A stretch of DNA of 64,000 nt from contig JBFXJL010000008.1 of the NCBI GenBank assembly GCA_050174915.1, forward strand, positions 11,990 through 75,989. The letters are read 5' to 3'. Positions 26,989-35,977 of the stretch are shown here, in pieces. This DNA is from Elusimicrobiales bacterium (GTDB lineage Bacteria > Elusimicrobiota > Elusimicrobia > Elusimicrobiales > UBA9959). Position numbers and translations under genes: made by a program. Numbering within the stretch: the stretch's first letter is position 1; every line of letters starts with the position of its first letter. The notes beneath the pieces were generated by a model. It searched no databases, was not told the origin of the DNA, and saw nothing but the letters and a program-made list of their open reading frames with translations.

Positions 26989-27645
26989 ATGCATCCTATA
27001 CAAGAGAAGCTCCTGCACCTCTCCAAAGAGCGCAATTTGGCCCAAGCCAGCCTGCGCGAGATGGCCGCCGCCATAGGCTTGCCCGACGAATCCCCCCAGA
27101 AGATCAAGCATCACCTGCAGCAACTGGAGAAAAAAGGCTTTTTTACCATAGACCGGGCCAAGGGCCTGATGGAAAAGGCCTCCCTGCTGCCCGGGCTGGC
27201 CAGCGGTCTGCTTAAAGAAGCTTCCTCCTTATTCTCTATCCCCATAGTAGGCATGGCCAATTGCGGGCCGGCCACGGTTTTCGCCGAGCAGAATTTCGAG
27301 GGCTTCCTGCGCGTCTCCGGCCGCCTGCTGGGCCGAGCTAACCCCGCCGGCCTCTACGCCATCCGGACCAACGGCTCGTCGATGAACCGGGCCGAGATAG
27401 GCGGCAAAAAGATAGAGGACGGCGACTACGTGGTGATAGACAGCAATAAGCGAGTACCCGGCAACAACGACATAGTGCTGGCCATCATAGACAACAAAGC
27501 CACCATCAAGCGCTTCATCGACGACCGGGCCAACGGCCAGGTGATCCTGAAGGCCGATTCTTCCCACGACTACGACCCCATCTACCTGCACCCCGACGAC
27601 GACTTTCTCATCAACGGCAAAGCCGTCGCCGTCATCAAAAAATAG
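26989..27645 (+). CDS. lexA: LexA-like repressor (wHTH + S24 peptidase)
   Basis: N-terminal wHTH (REMAAAIGLPDESPQKIKHHLQQLEKKGFF). S24 Ser (NGSSMNRA) and Lys (ATIKRF). Divergent from recA. The cleavage-site position reads ANCGPA rather than the canonical Ala-Gly. Confidence 0.75.
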   Translation: MHPIQEKLLHLSKERNLAQASLREMAAAIGLPDESPQKIKHHLQQLEKKGFFTIDRAKGLMEKASLLPGLASGLLKEASSLFSIPIVGMANCGPATVFAEQNFEGFLRVSGRLLGRANPAGLYAIRTNGSSMNRAEIGGKKIEDGDYVVIDSNKRVPGNNDIVLAIIDNKATIKRFIDDRANGQVILKADSSHDYDPIYLHPDDDFLINGKAVAVIKK

Positions 27646-27663
27646 GGACAGCGCCCTGTTTCC

Positions 27664-27709
27664 GCGCCCCGCCGGTCCCAGAATATGGGCCGGCGGGGCG
27701 CAAAATTTT
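27664..27709 (+). terminator. hairpin terminator after lexA
   Basis: GCGCCCCGCCGGTCCCA-gaata-TGGGCCGGCGGGGCGC (one bulge), followed by AAAATTTT. Confidence 0.5.
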
Positions 27710-27774
27710 ACTTGCCTTGGGTGGCCGGATTAGGTTTAATTTGACGGTAGTCAATAGACTGGAGGCAACAACTA

Positions 27775-28743
27775 ATGAAAACCCACCTGATAATTTCCGC
27801 CGCCATCGCCCTCTGCGCTGCCGGCTCCGCAGCAGCGGCCGACAAGGTCATATACGGCTCCGACGACCGCCTGGACATCTACCAGGTCACCGACTCCAAA
27901 CTGCTCAAGTTGGCCGACTCCACCGTGGGCCTGTTCCAGGGCTACGACGTGGACATCGTGGGCGACAAGGCCAAGCTGATCACTGAATCCTACGCCGACG
28001 GCTACGGCCTGTGCGAAGAAGAGCCCTTCTATGAGCAGGTCACCGGCGCCTTCTGCTCCGGCTCGCTCGTGGCTCCCGACATCATCATGACCGCCGGTCA
28101 TTGCGTTAAGACCGCCGACGCCTGCGAGGACATCAAGTTCGTGTTCGGCTTCGCGGTCAAGTCCAAGGGCGTAAACCCCTCCGAAGTTCCCGCTTCCGAC
28201 GTCTACTCCTGCGCCGAGCTGATCGGCCGCGAGCAGGTGGGCACCGGCGCCGACTGGGCGCTGATACGCCTGGACCGCAAGGTCACGGGCCACCAGCCGC
28301 TCAAGTACGACCTTACCGACTCCGTCAAGAACGGCGACCAGCTGGTAGTTATCGGCCACCCGGCCGGCCTGCCCACCAAAGTAGCCGGCGGCGCCACCGT
28401 GCGCGACGCCTCCCCCAAGGGCTACTACGTGGCCAACCTCGACACCTACGGCGGCAATTCCGGCTCCGCGGTGTTCAACGCCAATAACGGCGTGATAGTG
28501 GGCATTTTGGTGCGCGGCGAGAACGACTATGTCTACAAGGACGGCTGCCGCGTCTCCAACGTGTGCCCCTCCACCGGCTGCCGCGGCGAGGACGTAACCA
28601 AGCTGTCGGCCATAACCTCCCCCTTCCGGTCGGCCTCGGCCGAAGCCGTAGGCACCGCGGTGGAAACGGCGGCCGCCGGCCCCATGGCCAAAGCCTCCCC
28701 CGCCTTCGAACTGCTCAAAGGCCTGACCCCGGAAAGCAACTAA
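27775..28743 (+). CDS. secreted trypsin-like serine protease (S1, Glu-endopeptidase-like)
   Basis: Signal peptide. Catalytic triad contexts TAGHC, DWALIRLD and GGNSGSAVF. GGAGG Shine-Dalgarno. Confidence 0.8.
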   Translation: MKTHLIISAAIALCAAGSAAAADKVIYGSDDRLDIYQVTDSKLLKLADSTVGLFQGYDVDIVGDKAKLITESYADGYGLCEEEPFYEQVTGAFCSGSLVAPDIIMTAGHCVKTADACEDIKFVFGFAVKSKGVNPSEVPASDVYSCAELIGREQVGTGADWALIRLDRKVTGHQPLKYDLTDSVKNGDQLVVIGHPAGLPTKVAGGATVRDASPKGYYVANLDTYGGNSGSAVFNANNGVIVGILVRGENDYVYKDGCRVSNVCPSTGCRGEDVTKLSAITSPFRSASAEAVGTAVETAAAGPMAKASPAFELLKGLTPESN

Positions 28744-28760
28744 ACGGCCCTCATAAAGGA

Positions 28761-28787
28761 CCCCGGCCCTCTGGCCGGGGTTTTTTA
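28761..28787 (+). terminator. intrinsic terminator
   Basis: CCCCGGCC-ctct-GGCCGGGG followed by TTTTTT. Confidence 0.75.
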
Positions 28788-28880
28788 TTGCCCCAAAAAA
28801 AGGCCGCAACTTGCCGGCGGTTTATATGCTAGTATCTAGGCATACCCCTCTAAAAGAGGTCATTTTAAGGAGATATTAAC

Positions 28881-29129
28881 ATGGCAAACGAGAAATTCAT
28901 GAAAACGATGCAGCCTGACGCCGAACTGGGCGCCGTCATTGGGAACGAGCCCGTCGCCCGCCCCACCGCCGTCAAGAAGATCTGGGACTACATCAAGAAA
29001 AACAACCTTCAGGACAAGGTCAACAAGCGCAACATCAACGCTGACGAGAAGCTCCTGAAAGTCTTCGCCGGCAAAAAGCAGGTCACGATGTTCGAACTGG
29101 CCGGCATCCTGGGCAAGCACCTGAAATAA
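28881..29129 (+). CDS. SWIB/MDM2-domain protein (82 aa)
   Basis: The VARPTAVKKIWDYIKKNNLQDKVNKRNINADEKLLKVFAGKKQVTMFELAGILGKHL pattern is characteristic of stand-alone SWIB domains. AAGGAG Shine-Dalgarno. Has its own terminator. Confidence 0.8.
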   Translation: MANEKFMKTMQPDAELGAVIGNEPVARPTAVKKIWDYIKKNNLQDKVNKRNINADEKLLKVFAGKKQVTMFELAGILGKHLK

Positions 29130-29149
29130 GGCGCCCTCACCCGCAAGAA

Positions 29150-29176
29150 AGGCCGTCGCCTGGCGGCCTTTTTTGC
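29150..29176 (+). terminator. intrinsic terminator after the SWIB gene
   Basis: AGGCCG-loop-CGGCCT stem followed by TTTTTT. Confidence 0.55.
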
Positions 29177-29221
29177 TTGGCCCCCTTTTCAGCAAGCCGA
29201 GAACCGGCCGCCAGAGGCAAT

Positions 29222-29530
29222 ATGATAGACCTTAAACCCGCGCACCTCAAGAAAGTCAAAAAGATACTCTCCGGCAGCGTGCCGGAGTATGAAGTCATGG
29301 TTTATGGCTCCAGGGCCCAGGGCAAGGCCAAGACCTACTCCTACCTGGACCTGGCCATCATGACCGACAAGCCGCTGGGCGCGCCGCGCCTGGAGAAGAT
29401 AGCGGCGGCTTTCGCCGGCGCCGGTTTGCCTTTCCGCGTGGAGACCATAGACTGGGCCGCCACCGGGGCCGGCTTCCGCAAGGAAATAAAGAAGACCGCC
29501 ATAGTGCTGCAGCCGCCGCCGAAGGCCTGA
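29222..29530 (+). CDS. Pol-beta-superfamily nucleotidyltransferase domain protein (MNT-like), degenerate active site
   Basis: YGSRAQGKAKTYSYLDLAIM aligns to the GSxxxG...SDxDL motif, but the first Asp is Tyr. The internal ATG of track ORF 29177..29530 was chosen because the 5' part overlaps the SWIB terminator. Confidence 0.6.
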   Translation: MIDLKPAHLKKVKKILSGSVPEYEVMVYGSRAQGKAKTYSYLDLAIMTDKPLGAPRLEKIAAAFAGAGLPFRVETIDWAATGAGFRKEIKKTAIVLQPPPKA

Positions 29531-29543
29531 GCCGCCGGGGCGC

Positions 29544-29576
29544 AAAAAGGCCGTCAGGAGACGGCCTTTTTCTTTT
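29544..29576 (+). terminator. intrinsic terminator
   Basis: AAAAAGGCCGTC-agga-GACGGCCTTTTT. Confidence 0.7.
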
Positions 29577-29629
29577 CCCCGCCTGGCTGGCCGCGGCTGC
29601 CGCGCCATTTTTGTAAGATATTCTCCTGC

Positions 29630-31507
29630 ATGAAAAGCCTCGGACCGTTTTCACCGGACCCGGACAAGGTAAAGAGGAACAGTCTTCTTGCCCTGCTGGC
29701 TTTTTTTGTGTATTGCCTATTCTTCTGGAAGAAAGCCCTGCTCCAGGGCCTTATTCCCGCCGACGGCAACACGCTGCTGATGTCCTACCCGGTCTGGCAG
29801 ACCGGGGCCGGCTACTTCAAGCAAGCCCTGCTCCCGCTCTGGGACCCGCTCAGGAACCTGGGAGAGCCGTTCCTGGCCGACCCGCAGGCCGCCATACTGT
29901 ACCCGCTCACCTGGCTCTCTTTCCTGGGGAGCTGGGCTTCATATTTCAAACTCTGGATACCGGCGCACACGCTGCTGGCCGGAATTTCCGGCTACCTGCT
30001 GGCGGCCAGCCTCTACAAGGACCGGGAGGCCGCGCTTACGGCGGGACTGCTGGCGGCTTTTAACGGCCTGATGATAGCGCGCTCCTCCCTCCCCAACCAC
30101 TTCGCGGCCCTGGCCTGGATACCGGCGGCCGGCTATTTCCTCGTTTCAGGCAGAACGGTCCCGCTCGCCCTTTGCCTGGCGGCGCAATGGTTCGCTGGCT
30201 ACCCGCCCTTTTCACTCATAACTTTTACGGCCCTCCTCCTGCTGCTGCCTTTAACTGAGAAGCCGGCGGAAAGCGCGCGCAGGCTGGCTAAAGCCTGCCT
30301 GATTTTTATAGGCCTTGCCGCAGTGCAGCTGCTGCCTTTCCTGGAGATGCTCAAAGAATCCGCCAGGGGCGTTCTGCTCGCCCGGGAATCCGCCCTTGTC
30401 TACGCTTTAGGTTCCGCCGAGCTGCTGAAGAAAATTTTCGTCCCGCTGTGGTACGGCTTTTTTCCGCAGAGCGCGGGAGACCCGGCCATGGTGAATTTTT
30501 ACTTCGGTTTCGCCCCGCTGGCCGCCGCGCTCCTTATCCTGGTTAAGAAAAGAGAGAAGCCGGCGCTCTACGTTCTTGCGGCGCTTGCCCTGGCGTTCTC
30601 GCTGTGCCTTGGCCTGGCCAACCCTGTTTACGCTTTCCCTTTATTCAAGGCGTTCCGCTATCCCGCCAACTGGCTGGCCCTGGCCTGCCTTTTCGCCCCG
30701 CTGGCCGCCGCGGCCGGGTTCAGCGCGATACAGAGCCGCAAGGTGAAAATTATCCTGGCAGCCGTCGTAGCGGCGGAGCTGCTGGTCAACGCGCAATTCA
30801 GGCAGAAGCTGTGGGTGGAACCCGGATTCTTCACGGAAAGGCCCGCCATACTCAAGACCTGCCCGCCCGGAGGCATCTATCACTCGCCTTTGCTCAGGGA
30901 AAGCATGGAGAAGGGCTTCCAGCTGGGCAACGCCGGGGACGCCCTGCTCCTCAGGGAGTCAGCCTACCCGTCCTACGGCGCGGCTTTCGGCTTCAGCGAA
31001 CTGGGCAGCTACCAGGTCCTTTCCTCCAGAAGGGCCAGACTTTACGCCGCCAGGATAGCGGCCGCGGGGCCCGGCTCCGCGCTGCTGGACCGGGCCGGCA
31101 TCGGGGCCGTCATCACGCTCAGGGCGGACCCCGCCGGCAAGGCGCTGCCCGAGCCGGCAGTCATCCTTAACCCCGCCGCCGCCCCCTGCGTCCTGGAACC
31201 GCGGACCGGCACGGCCGGAATACTGGAGGCGCGCCCAGGCCGCCTGAAGATTCACGCGGAACTCTCCGCCCCGGCCACCCTGGTGCTTGCCCAGGCCTGG
31301 TATCCCGGCTGGCGCTTAAAAATTGACGGTGAGAAGGCCGAGGCCGGTCTCTTCGACGGCTTCCTGCTGTCGGCCGGGCTTGGCGCGGGGCGGCATACCC
31401 TGGAATTTTATTATCTGCCCCTCTCCTTCCTCGCCGGCCTGCTTATTTCGGCGCTGACCGCCGCGCTGCTCCTCCTCAGGAGATTCCGCCCGAGGCCAGG
31501 CGGGTAA
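29630..31507 (+). CDS. polytopic membrane protein, YfhO/GT-C-like putative glycosyltransferase
   Basis: More than 10 TM helices, then a C-terminal beta-rich region AWYPGWRLKIDGEKAE...GRHTLEFYY, as seen in YfhO-type proteins, and a final TM. Confidence 0.45.
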   Translation: MKSLGPFSPDPDKVKRNSLLALLAFFVYCLFFWKKALLQGLIPADGNTLLMSYPVWQTGAGYFKQALLPLWDPLRNLGEPFLADPQAAILYPLTWLSFLGSWASYFKLWIPAHTLLAGISGYLLAASLYKDREAALTAGLLAAFNGLMIARSSLPNHFAALAWIPAAGYFLVSGRTVPLALCLAAQWFAGYPPFSLITFTALLLLLPLTEKPAESARRLAKACLIFIGLAAVQLLPFLEMLKESARGVLLARESALVYALGSAELLKKIFVPLWYGFFPQSAGDPAMVNFYFGFAPLAAALLILVKKREKPALYVLAALALAFSLCLGLANPVYAFPLFKAFRYPANWLALACLFAPLAAAAGFSAIQSRKVKIILAAVVAAELLVNAQFRQKLWVEPGFFTERPAILKTCPPGGIYHSPLLRESMEKGFQLGNAGDALLLRESAYPSYGAAFGFSELGSYQVLSSRRARLYAARIAAAGPGSALLDRAGIGAVITLRADPAGKALPEPAVILNPAAAPCVLEPRTGTAGILEARPGRLKIHAELSAPATLVLAQAWYPGWRLKIDGEKAEAGLFDGFLLSAGLGAGRHTLEFYYLPLSFLAGLLISALTAALLLLRRFRPRPGG

Positions 31508-31561
31508 GAACCCGCGGGCCGAAAACGCCTTAGGCCCGGTTTCACACGGTCATAGTCACGC

Positions 31562-31596
31562 AAAAAAAATACCCGCCGGGAGGCGGGTATTCTTTT
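31562..31596. terminator. bidirectional intrinsic terminator
   Basis: AAAAAAAATACCCGCC-ggga-GGCGGGTATTCTTTT between convergent genes. Confidence 0.75.
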
Positions 31597-31620
31597 GGCG
31601 GCTCTCCGCGCTGACCGCGG

Positions 31621-33519
31621 CTAGTCGCAGCACTTGAAGAAACAGACCGAGAGCGGCGGCAGCGTGAGCGACAGCGAATAAGGCCGGCCGTGCGAGGCGT
31701 AGTCCCCGGCCTTCACCCCGCCCATGTTGCCGATGCCGCTGCCCCAGTAGGTGACGGCGTCGCTGTTGAGCAGTTCCTTCCAGAAGCCGCCGCGGGGCAC
31801 GCCTACCCGGTAGCCGTGGCGCGGCACCGGGGTGAAATTGCAGACCACCAGCACGTCGTCGCCGGGCCTCTCCCCCTTGCGCAGGAAGGCCGTGACGCTC
31901 TGCTGCGAGTCGTTGGCGTCTATCCATTCGAAACCCGCTGGATTGCAGTTGAGCTCGTGCAGGGCCGGCTCGGCCTTGTAGAGCGCGTTGAGGTCTCGCA
32001 CCCAGTTCTGCATGCCGCCGTGCGGAGGGAAGCCGGCCTGGTGCCAGTCCAGCGAGCGGTCGTGGTTCCATTCCCCCCACTGCGCGAACTCGCTGCCCAT
32101 GAACATCAGCTTCTGCCCCGGCTGGGCGTACATGCCGCCGTAGAGCAGGCGGAGGTTGGCGAACTTCTGCCAGTCGTCGCCGGCCATCTTGGCGAGCATC
32201 GAGCCCTTGCCGTGCGCCACCTCGTCGTGCGAGAACGGCAGCACGAAGTTCTCCCCCCAGGCGTAGAGCATGCGGAAGGTGAGGTCGTTGTGGTGATACT
32301 TGCGGAACACGGAATCGCGGGAGAAATAGCGCAGCGTGTCGTGCATCCAGCCCATGTCCCACTTGAGGCCGAAGCCCAGGCCGCCGATATAAGTCGGGCG
32401 CGACACCATGGGCCAGGCGGTGGACTCCTCGGCGTAGGTCTGCGCGTCCGGGAAGTTCTGGTAGACCACGTGGTTGAACTGCTTGAGGAAGGCTATGGCT
32501 TCGAGGTTCTCGTTGCCGCCGAACTTGTTGGGCACCCACTGGCCGGCCTTGCGGGAATAGTCCAGGTAGAGCATGGAGGCCACGGCGTCCACGCGCAGGC
32601 CGTCCACGTGGAATTTCTCCAGCCAGAACAGCGCGGAAGAGAGCAGGAAGCTCTTCACCTCGTTGCGGCCGAAATTAAAGATGGCGCTGCCCCAGTCGGG
32701 GTGGTAGCCCTGGCGCGGGTCGGCGTGTTCGTAGAGGCAGGTGCCGTCGAACTTGGCCAGGCCGTGCGCGTCCGAGGGGAAATGCGCCGGCACCCAGTCG
32801 AGTATTACGCCTATGCCTGCCTGGTGCAGCTGGTCCACCAGGAACATGAAATCCTGCGGGCTGCCGTAGCGGCTGGTAGGGGCGAAGTAGCCGGTAGTCT
32901 GGTAGCCCCAGGAGCCGTAGAAGGGGTGCTCGGTGACGGGCATCAGCTCCACGTGCGAGAAGCCCATGTACTTCAGGTAGCCGGGCAGCTGCTCGGCCAG
33001 CTCGCGGTAGGAGAGCGGTATGTTGTCGCCTTTCCGGCGCCAGGAGCCTAGGTGCAGCTCGTAGATGGAGACCGGGCTTTTGAGGCTCACCCGGGCGCCG
33101 CGCTCCTTCATCCACTCAGCGTCGCCCCACTCGTAGTCCAGCGTGGCCACCACGGAGGCGGTCTTGGGCGCTTCCTCGGAAGAGAAAGCCACCGGGTCGG
33201 CCTTCTCGGCGCTGAAATTGTCGAAATTGGAAACGATGAAATACTTGTAGTTCTGGCCGGCCACCACCCCGGGGATGAAGCCCTCCCAGATGCCGGAGGC
33301 GCCGCGCTGGTGCAGCTGGTTGCGGCCCTTGTCCCAGCCGTTGAAGTCGCCGATCACGAACACCTGCCGCGCGTTCGGGGCCCAGACGGCGAAATGGGTG
33401 CCGGTCACGCCGTCCACCTCGGCCAGGTGCGCGCCGAGAGCGTCGTAGAGTCGCAGGTGGTTGCCCTCGTTGAAGAGGTAGAGGTCCTGGTCGGAGAGAA
33501 GTTTAATGTTATTGGCCAT
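31621..33519 (-). CDS. glgB: 1,4-alpha-glucan branching enzyme
   Basis: GH13 motifs [24 protein letters not shown] and SHDEV. N-terminal CBM48-like region. 632 aa. Confidence 0.9.
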   Translation of the reverse strand: MANNIKLLSDQDLYLFNEGNHLRLYDALGAHLAEVDGVTGTHFAVWAPNARQVFVIGDFNGWDKGRNQLHQRGASGIWEGFIPGVVAGQNYKYFIVSNFDNFSAEKADPVAFSSEEAPKTASVVATLDYEWGDAEWMKERGARVSLKSPVSIYELHLGSWRRKGDNIPLSYRELAEQLPGYLKYMGFSHVELMPVTEHPFYGSWGYQTTGYFAPTSRYGSPQDFMFLVDQLHQAGIGVILDWVPAHFPSDAHGLAKFDGTCLYEHADPRQGYHPDWGSAIFNFGRNEVKSFLLSSALFWLEKFHVDGLRVDAVASMLYLDYSRKAGQWVPNKFGGNENLEAIAFLKQFNHVVYQNFPDAQTYAEESTAWPMVSRPTYIGGLGFGLKWDMGWMHDTLRYFSRDSVFRKYHHNDLTFRMLYAWGENFVLPFSHDEVAHGKGSMLAKMAGDDWQKFANLRLLYGGMYAQPGQKLMFMGSEFAQWGEWNHDRSLDWHQAGFPPHGGMQNWVRDLNALYKAEPALHELNCNPAGFEWIDANDSQQSVTAFLRKGERPGDDVLVVCNFTPVPRHGYRVGVPRGGFWKELLNSDAVTYWGSGIGNMGGVKAGDYASHGRPYSLSLTLPPLSVCFFKCCD

Positions 33520-33586
33520 GGTGTTTATCCTGTCTATGAATAATACAATATTGACCGCCCCGGCGGTTTATGGATACCATTTAACC

Positions 33587-34648
33587 ATGACCGAAGAAGC
33601 CCCGAAGCCCCACAAGCGCCGCGAGCGCTACAGCGGCAAGCACCCGCGCAATTTCGCGCAGAAATATAAAGAGCTGGATCCGGCCAGATACGCGGAGCAG
33701 ATAGAGCATATCATCGCTAAGGGGCTCACGCCGGCCGGCACCCACAGGCCGATCTGCGTGGAAGAGATACTGAAGATCCTGGACCCCAAGCCGGGCGAAG
33801 TCGCCTTCGACGCCACGCTGGGCTACGGCGGCCACACGCGGGCGCTGCTGCCGCGGCTGCTGCCGGGCGGAAAATTGTTCGCCGTGGACGTGGACACGCT
33901 GGAACTGCCCAAGACCGAGGCGCGCCTGCGCGCCGAGGGCTTCGGCCCCGACGCGCTGGCAGTACGCAAGATGAATTACGCCGGCATACTGGGGCTGCTG
34001 GGCGAGGCCGGCGGCGGCTTCGACTGCGTGCTGGCCGACCTGGGCGTCTCGTCGATGCAGCTCGACAACCCCGAGCGCGGCTTCACCTACAAGGCCGACG
34101 GCCCGCTGGACCTGCGGCTCAACCCGGAGCGCGGCCGGCCGGCCTCCGAATTCCTCAAGACCGTGAGCGCCGATAAGCTGGCGGCGCTGCTGGAGCAGAA
34201 CGCCGACGAGCCGCACGCGCGCACCATAGCCGCGGCCGTGAAAGAAAGCCCCTCGGCCATCCTCACCACCGCGGACCTGGTTGAGACCGTAAAAAGCGCC
34301 CTCAAGCGCGCCCATCCCAAACTAGGCGAGGATATAGTCAAGAAATCCCTGCAGCGGGTCTTCATGGCCCTGCGCATAGAGGTCAACGACGAGTTCAGCG
34401 TCCTGGACCGCTTCCTGGCGGCGCTGCCCTGGTGCCTCAAGCCCGGCGGCCGCGCGGCCATCCTCACCTTCCACTCCGGCGAGGACCGCCGCGTGAAGAA
34501 AGCTTTCGCCAAAGGCGAGGCCGAAGGCCTGTACTCCGCCGTGGCCCCCACCCCGGCGCGCCCGTCTTCGGCCGAGCGCCGCTCCAACCCACGCTCGGCC
34601 TGCGCCAAGCTGCGCTGGGCCGTGCGCTCCTCTACGCCCGCCACCTGA
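33587..34648 (+). CDS. rsmH: 16S rRNA (cytosine1402-N4)-methyltransferase RsmH-like, with an atypical basic N-terminal extension
   Basis: HRPICVEEIL, DATLGYGGHT, ADLGVSSMQLDNPERGF, FHSGEDRRVKKAF. The internal ATG (MTEEAPKPHK) is preferred because the upstream ATG overlaps the glgB start. Confidence 0.75.
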   Translation: MTEEAPKPHKRRERYSGKHPRNFAQKYKELDPARYAEQIEHIIAKGLTPAGTHRPICVEEILKILDPKPGEVAFDATLGYGGHTRALLPRLLPGGKLFAVDVDTLELPKTEARLRAEGFGPDALAVRKMNYAGILGLLGEAGGGFDCVLADLGVSSMQLDNPERGFTYKADGPLDLRLNPERGRPASEFLKTVSADKLAALLEQNADEPHARTIAAAVKESPSAILTTADLVETVKSALKRAHPKLGEDIVKKSLQRVFMALRIEVNDEFSVLDRFLAALPWCLKPGGRAAILTFHSGEDRRVKKAFAKGEAEGLYSAVAPTPARPSSAERRSNPRSACAKLRWAVRSSTPAT

Positions 34649-34767
34649 AAACTTGCGCCGGCGGCCCTGAAATATTGTATTCTGTGCTTGGGTAAGGGTT
34701 AAGAAAAACAACAAGCTTTCCACCGGTCCGCCTCGCGGGCCATAACCCCATTTAAAAGGGGGCGGTC

Positions 34768-35919
34768 ATGATAATGAAGCGAGAGGAACTGAAACAACTC
34801 ATGGACGTGAGGACGGGGCCTTGCGTCTCGATCTATTTGCCCACCGAGAAGGGCAGCATAGAGACGCGGCAGAACCCGGTTCGGTTGCGCAAACTGCTCA
34901 AGGAAGCCGAGCATAAGCTGCTGGCCTCGGGCACCAGGACGCTGGACGCCAAGGACCTGCTGGCGCCAGCGCGGCAGATGCTCGAGGACAACCTGTTCTG
35001 GCAGTACCAGAGCGGCGGGCTGGCTGTTTTCCTGTCCAGCCGGATAAAGCGGGCCTACACGCTGCCGCTGGCCTTCACCGAGATGGCCGCCGTGAACGAC
35101 CGGTTCTGCGTGCGGCAGCTGCTGCCGTTTTTCGCCGAGGACGGGCGCTACTGCGTGCTGACGCTGAGCCAGCGCTCGGTGCGGCTGTTCCAGTGCACCC
35201 GCCACAGCGTGGCCGAGGCGGACCTGAGCCAGGCGCCCAAGGGCGTCGCCGACCTGCTGGAGCTCAACGAGGGCGAGAAACAGCTGCAGTTCCACGCCAA
35301 CGGGGCGGGGCGCGGCGCCCGGAGCGGCGGGGCGGCCATGTTCCACGGCCACGCCGAGGACACGGACGAGACCAAGGAGAACATTTTGGTCTATTTCCAC
35401 GGCGTCAACCGGGCGGTCAACTCGCTGATAGGCACGAACGGGCCGCTGGTGCTGGCCGGCGTGGACTACCTGACGCGCATTTACGAGAAAGCCAACACTT
35501 ACCCCCGCCTGGCCGAGGGCCGCATAGCCGGCAACCCGGCGGAGCTGCGACCGGAGGAACTCAAGGACAGGGCGTGGGAAATAGTGCGGCCCGGTTTCGA
35601 GGCCGGGGCCAGGGCGGCGGCGGCGGTGTTCGAGCAGCTGCAGGGTACGCCGAGGGCTTCCAACCACCTCAAGACCATACTGGCGGCCGCCAACGATGGC
35701 CGGGTGGCCACGCTGCTGGTGTCGGCCAGGGACCAGCGCTGGGGCATCTTCGACGACGCCTCCGGCGTTATGGACCTGCACGCCAAGCCGGACCCGACTG
35801 ACCTGGACCTGCTGGAACTGTGCGCGGCCCGCACGCTGGACCACGGAGGCCTGGTTTACGCGCTGGAGCCAGAGCGCATGCCCGGGCGGGCGCCGGCGGC
35901 GGCGGTCTTCCGGTACTAG
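34768..35919 (+). CDS. bacterial eRF1-like (baeRF/Vms1-type release-factor fold) family protein
   Basis: N-terminal LKQLMDVRTGPCVSIYLPTEKGS...NPVRLRKLLKEAEHKL, a central Gly-rich loop FHANGAGRGARSGGAAMFHGH, and a C-terminal ...AAAVFRY resembling the eRF1/Pelota C-domain ending. Pattern recognition only. Confidence 0.5.
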   Translation: MIMKREELKQLMDVRTGPCVSIYLPTEKGSIETRQNPVRLRKLLKEAEHKLLASGTRTLDAKDLLAPARQMLEDNLFWQYQSGGLAVFLSSRIKRAYTLPLAFTEMAAVNDRFCVRQLLPFFAEDGRYCVLTLSQRSVRLFQCTRHSVAEADLSQAPKGVADLLELNEGEKQLQFHANGAGRGARSGGAAMFHGHAEDTDETKENILVYFHGVNRAVNSLIGTNGPLVLAGVDYLTRIYEKANTYPRLAEGRIAGNPAELRPEELKDRAWEIVRPGFEAGARAAAAVFEQLQGTPRASNHLKTILAAANDGRVATLLVSARDQRWGIFDDASGVMDLHAKPDPTDLDLLELCAARTLDHGGLVYALEPERMPGRAPAAAVFRY

Positions 35920-35931
35920 ACTGCCGGAAAC

Positions 35932-35965
35932 AAAAGAGCCGGGCCCCGCGGCCCGGCTCTTTTTG
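35932..35965. terminator. bidirectional intrinsic terminator
   Basis: AAAAGAGCCGGGCC-ccgc-GGCCCGGCTCTTTTT between convergent genes. Confidence 0.75.
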
Positions 35966-35977
35966 TGCCTCACGGCG

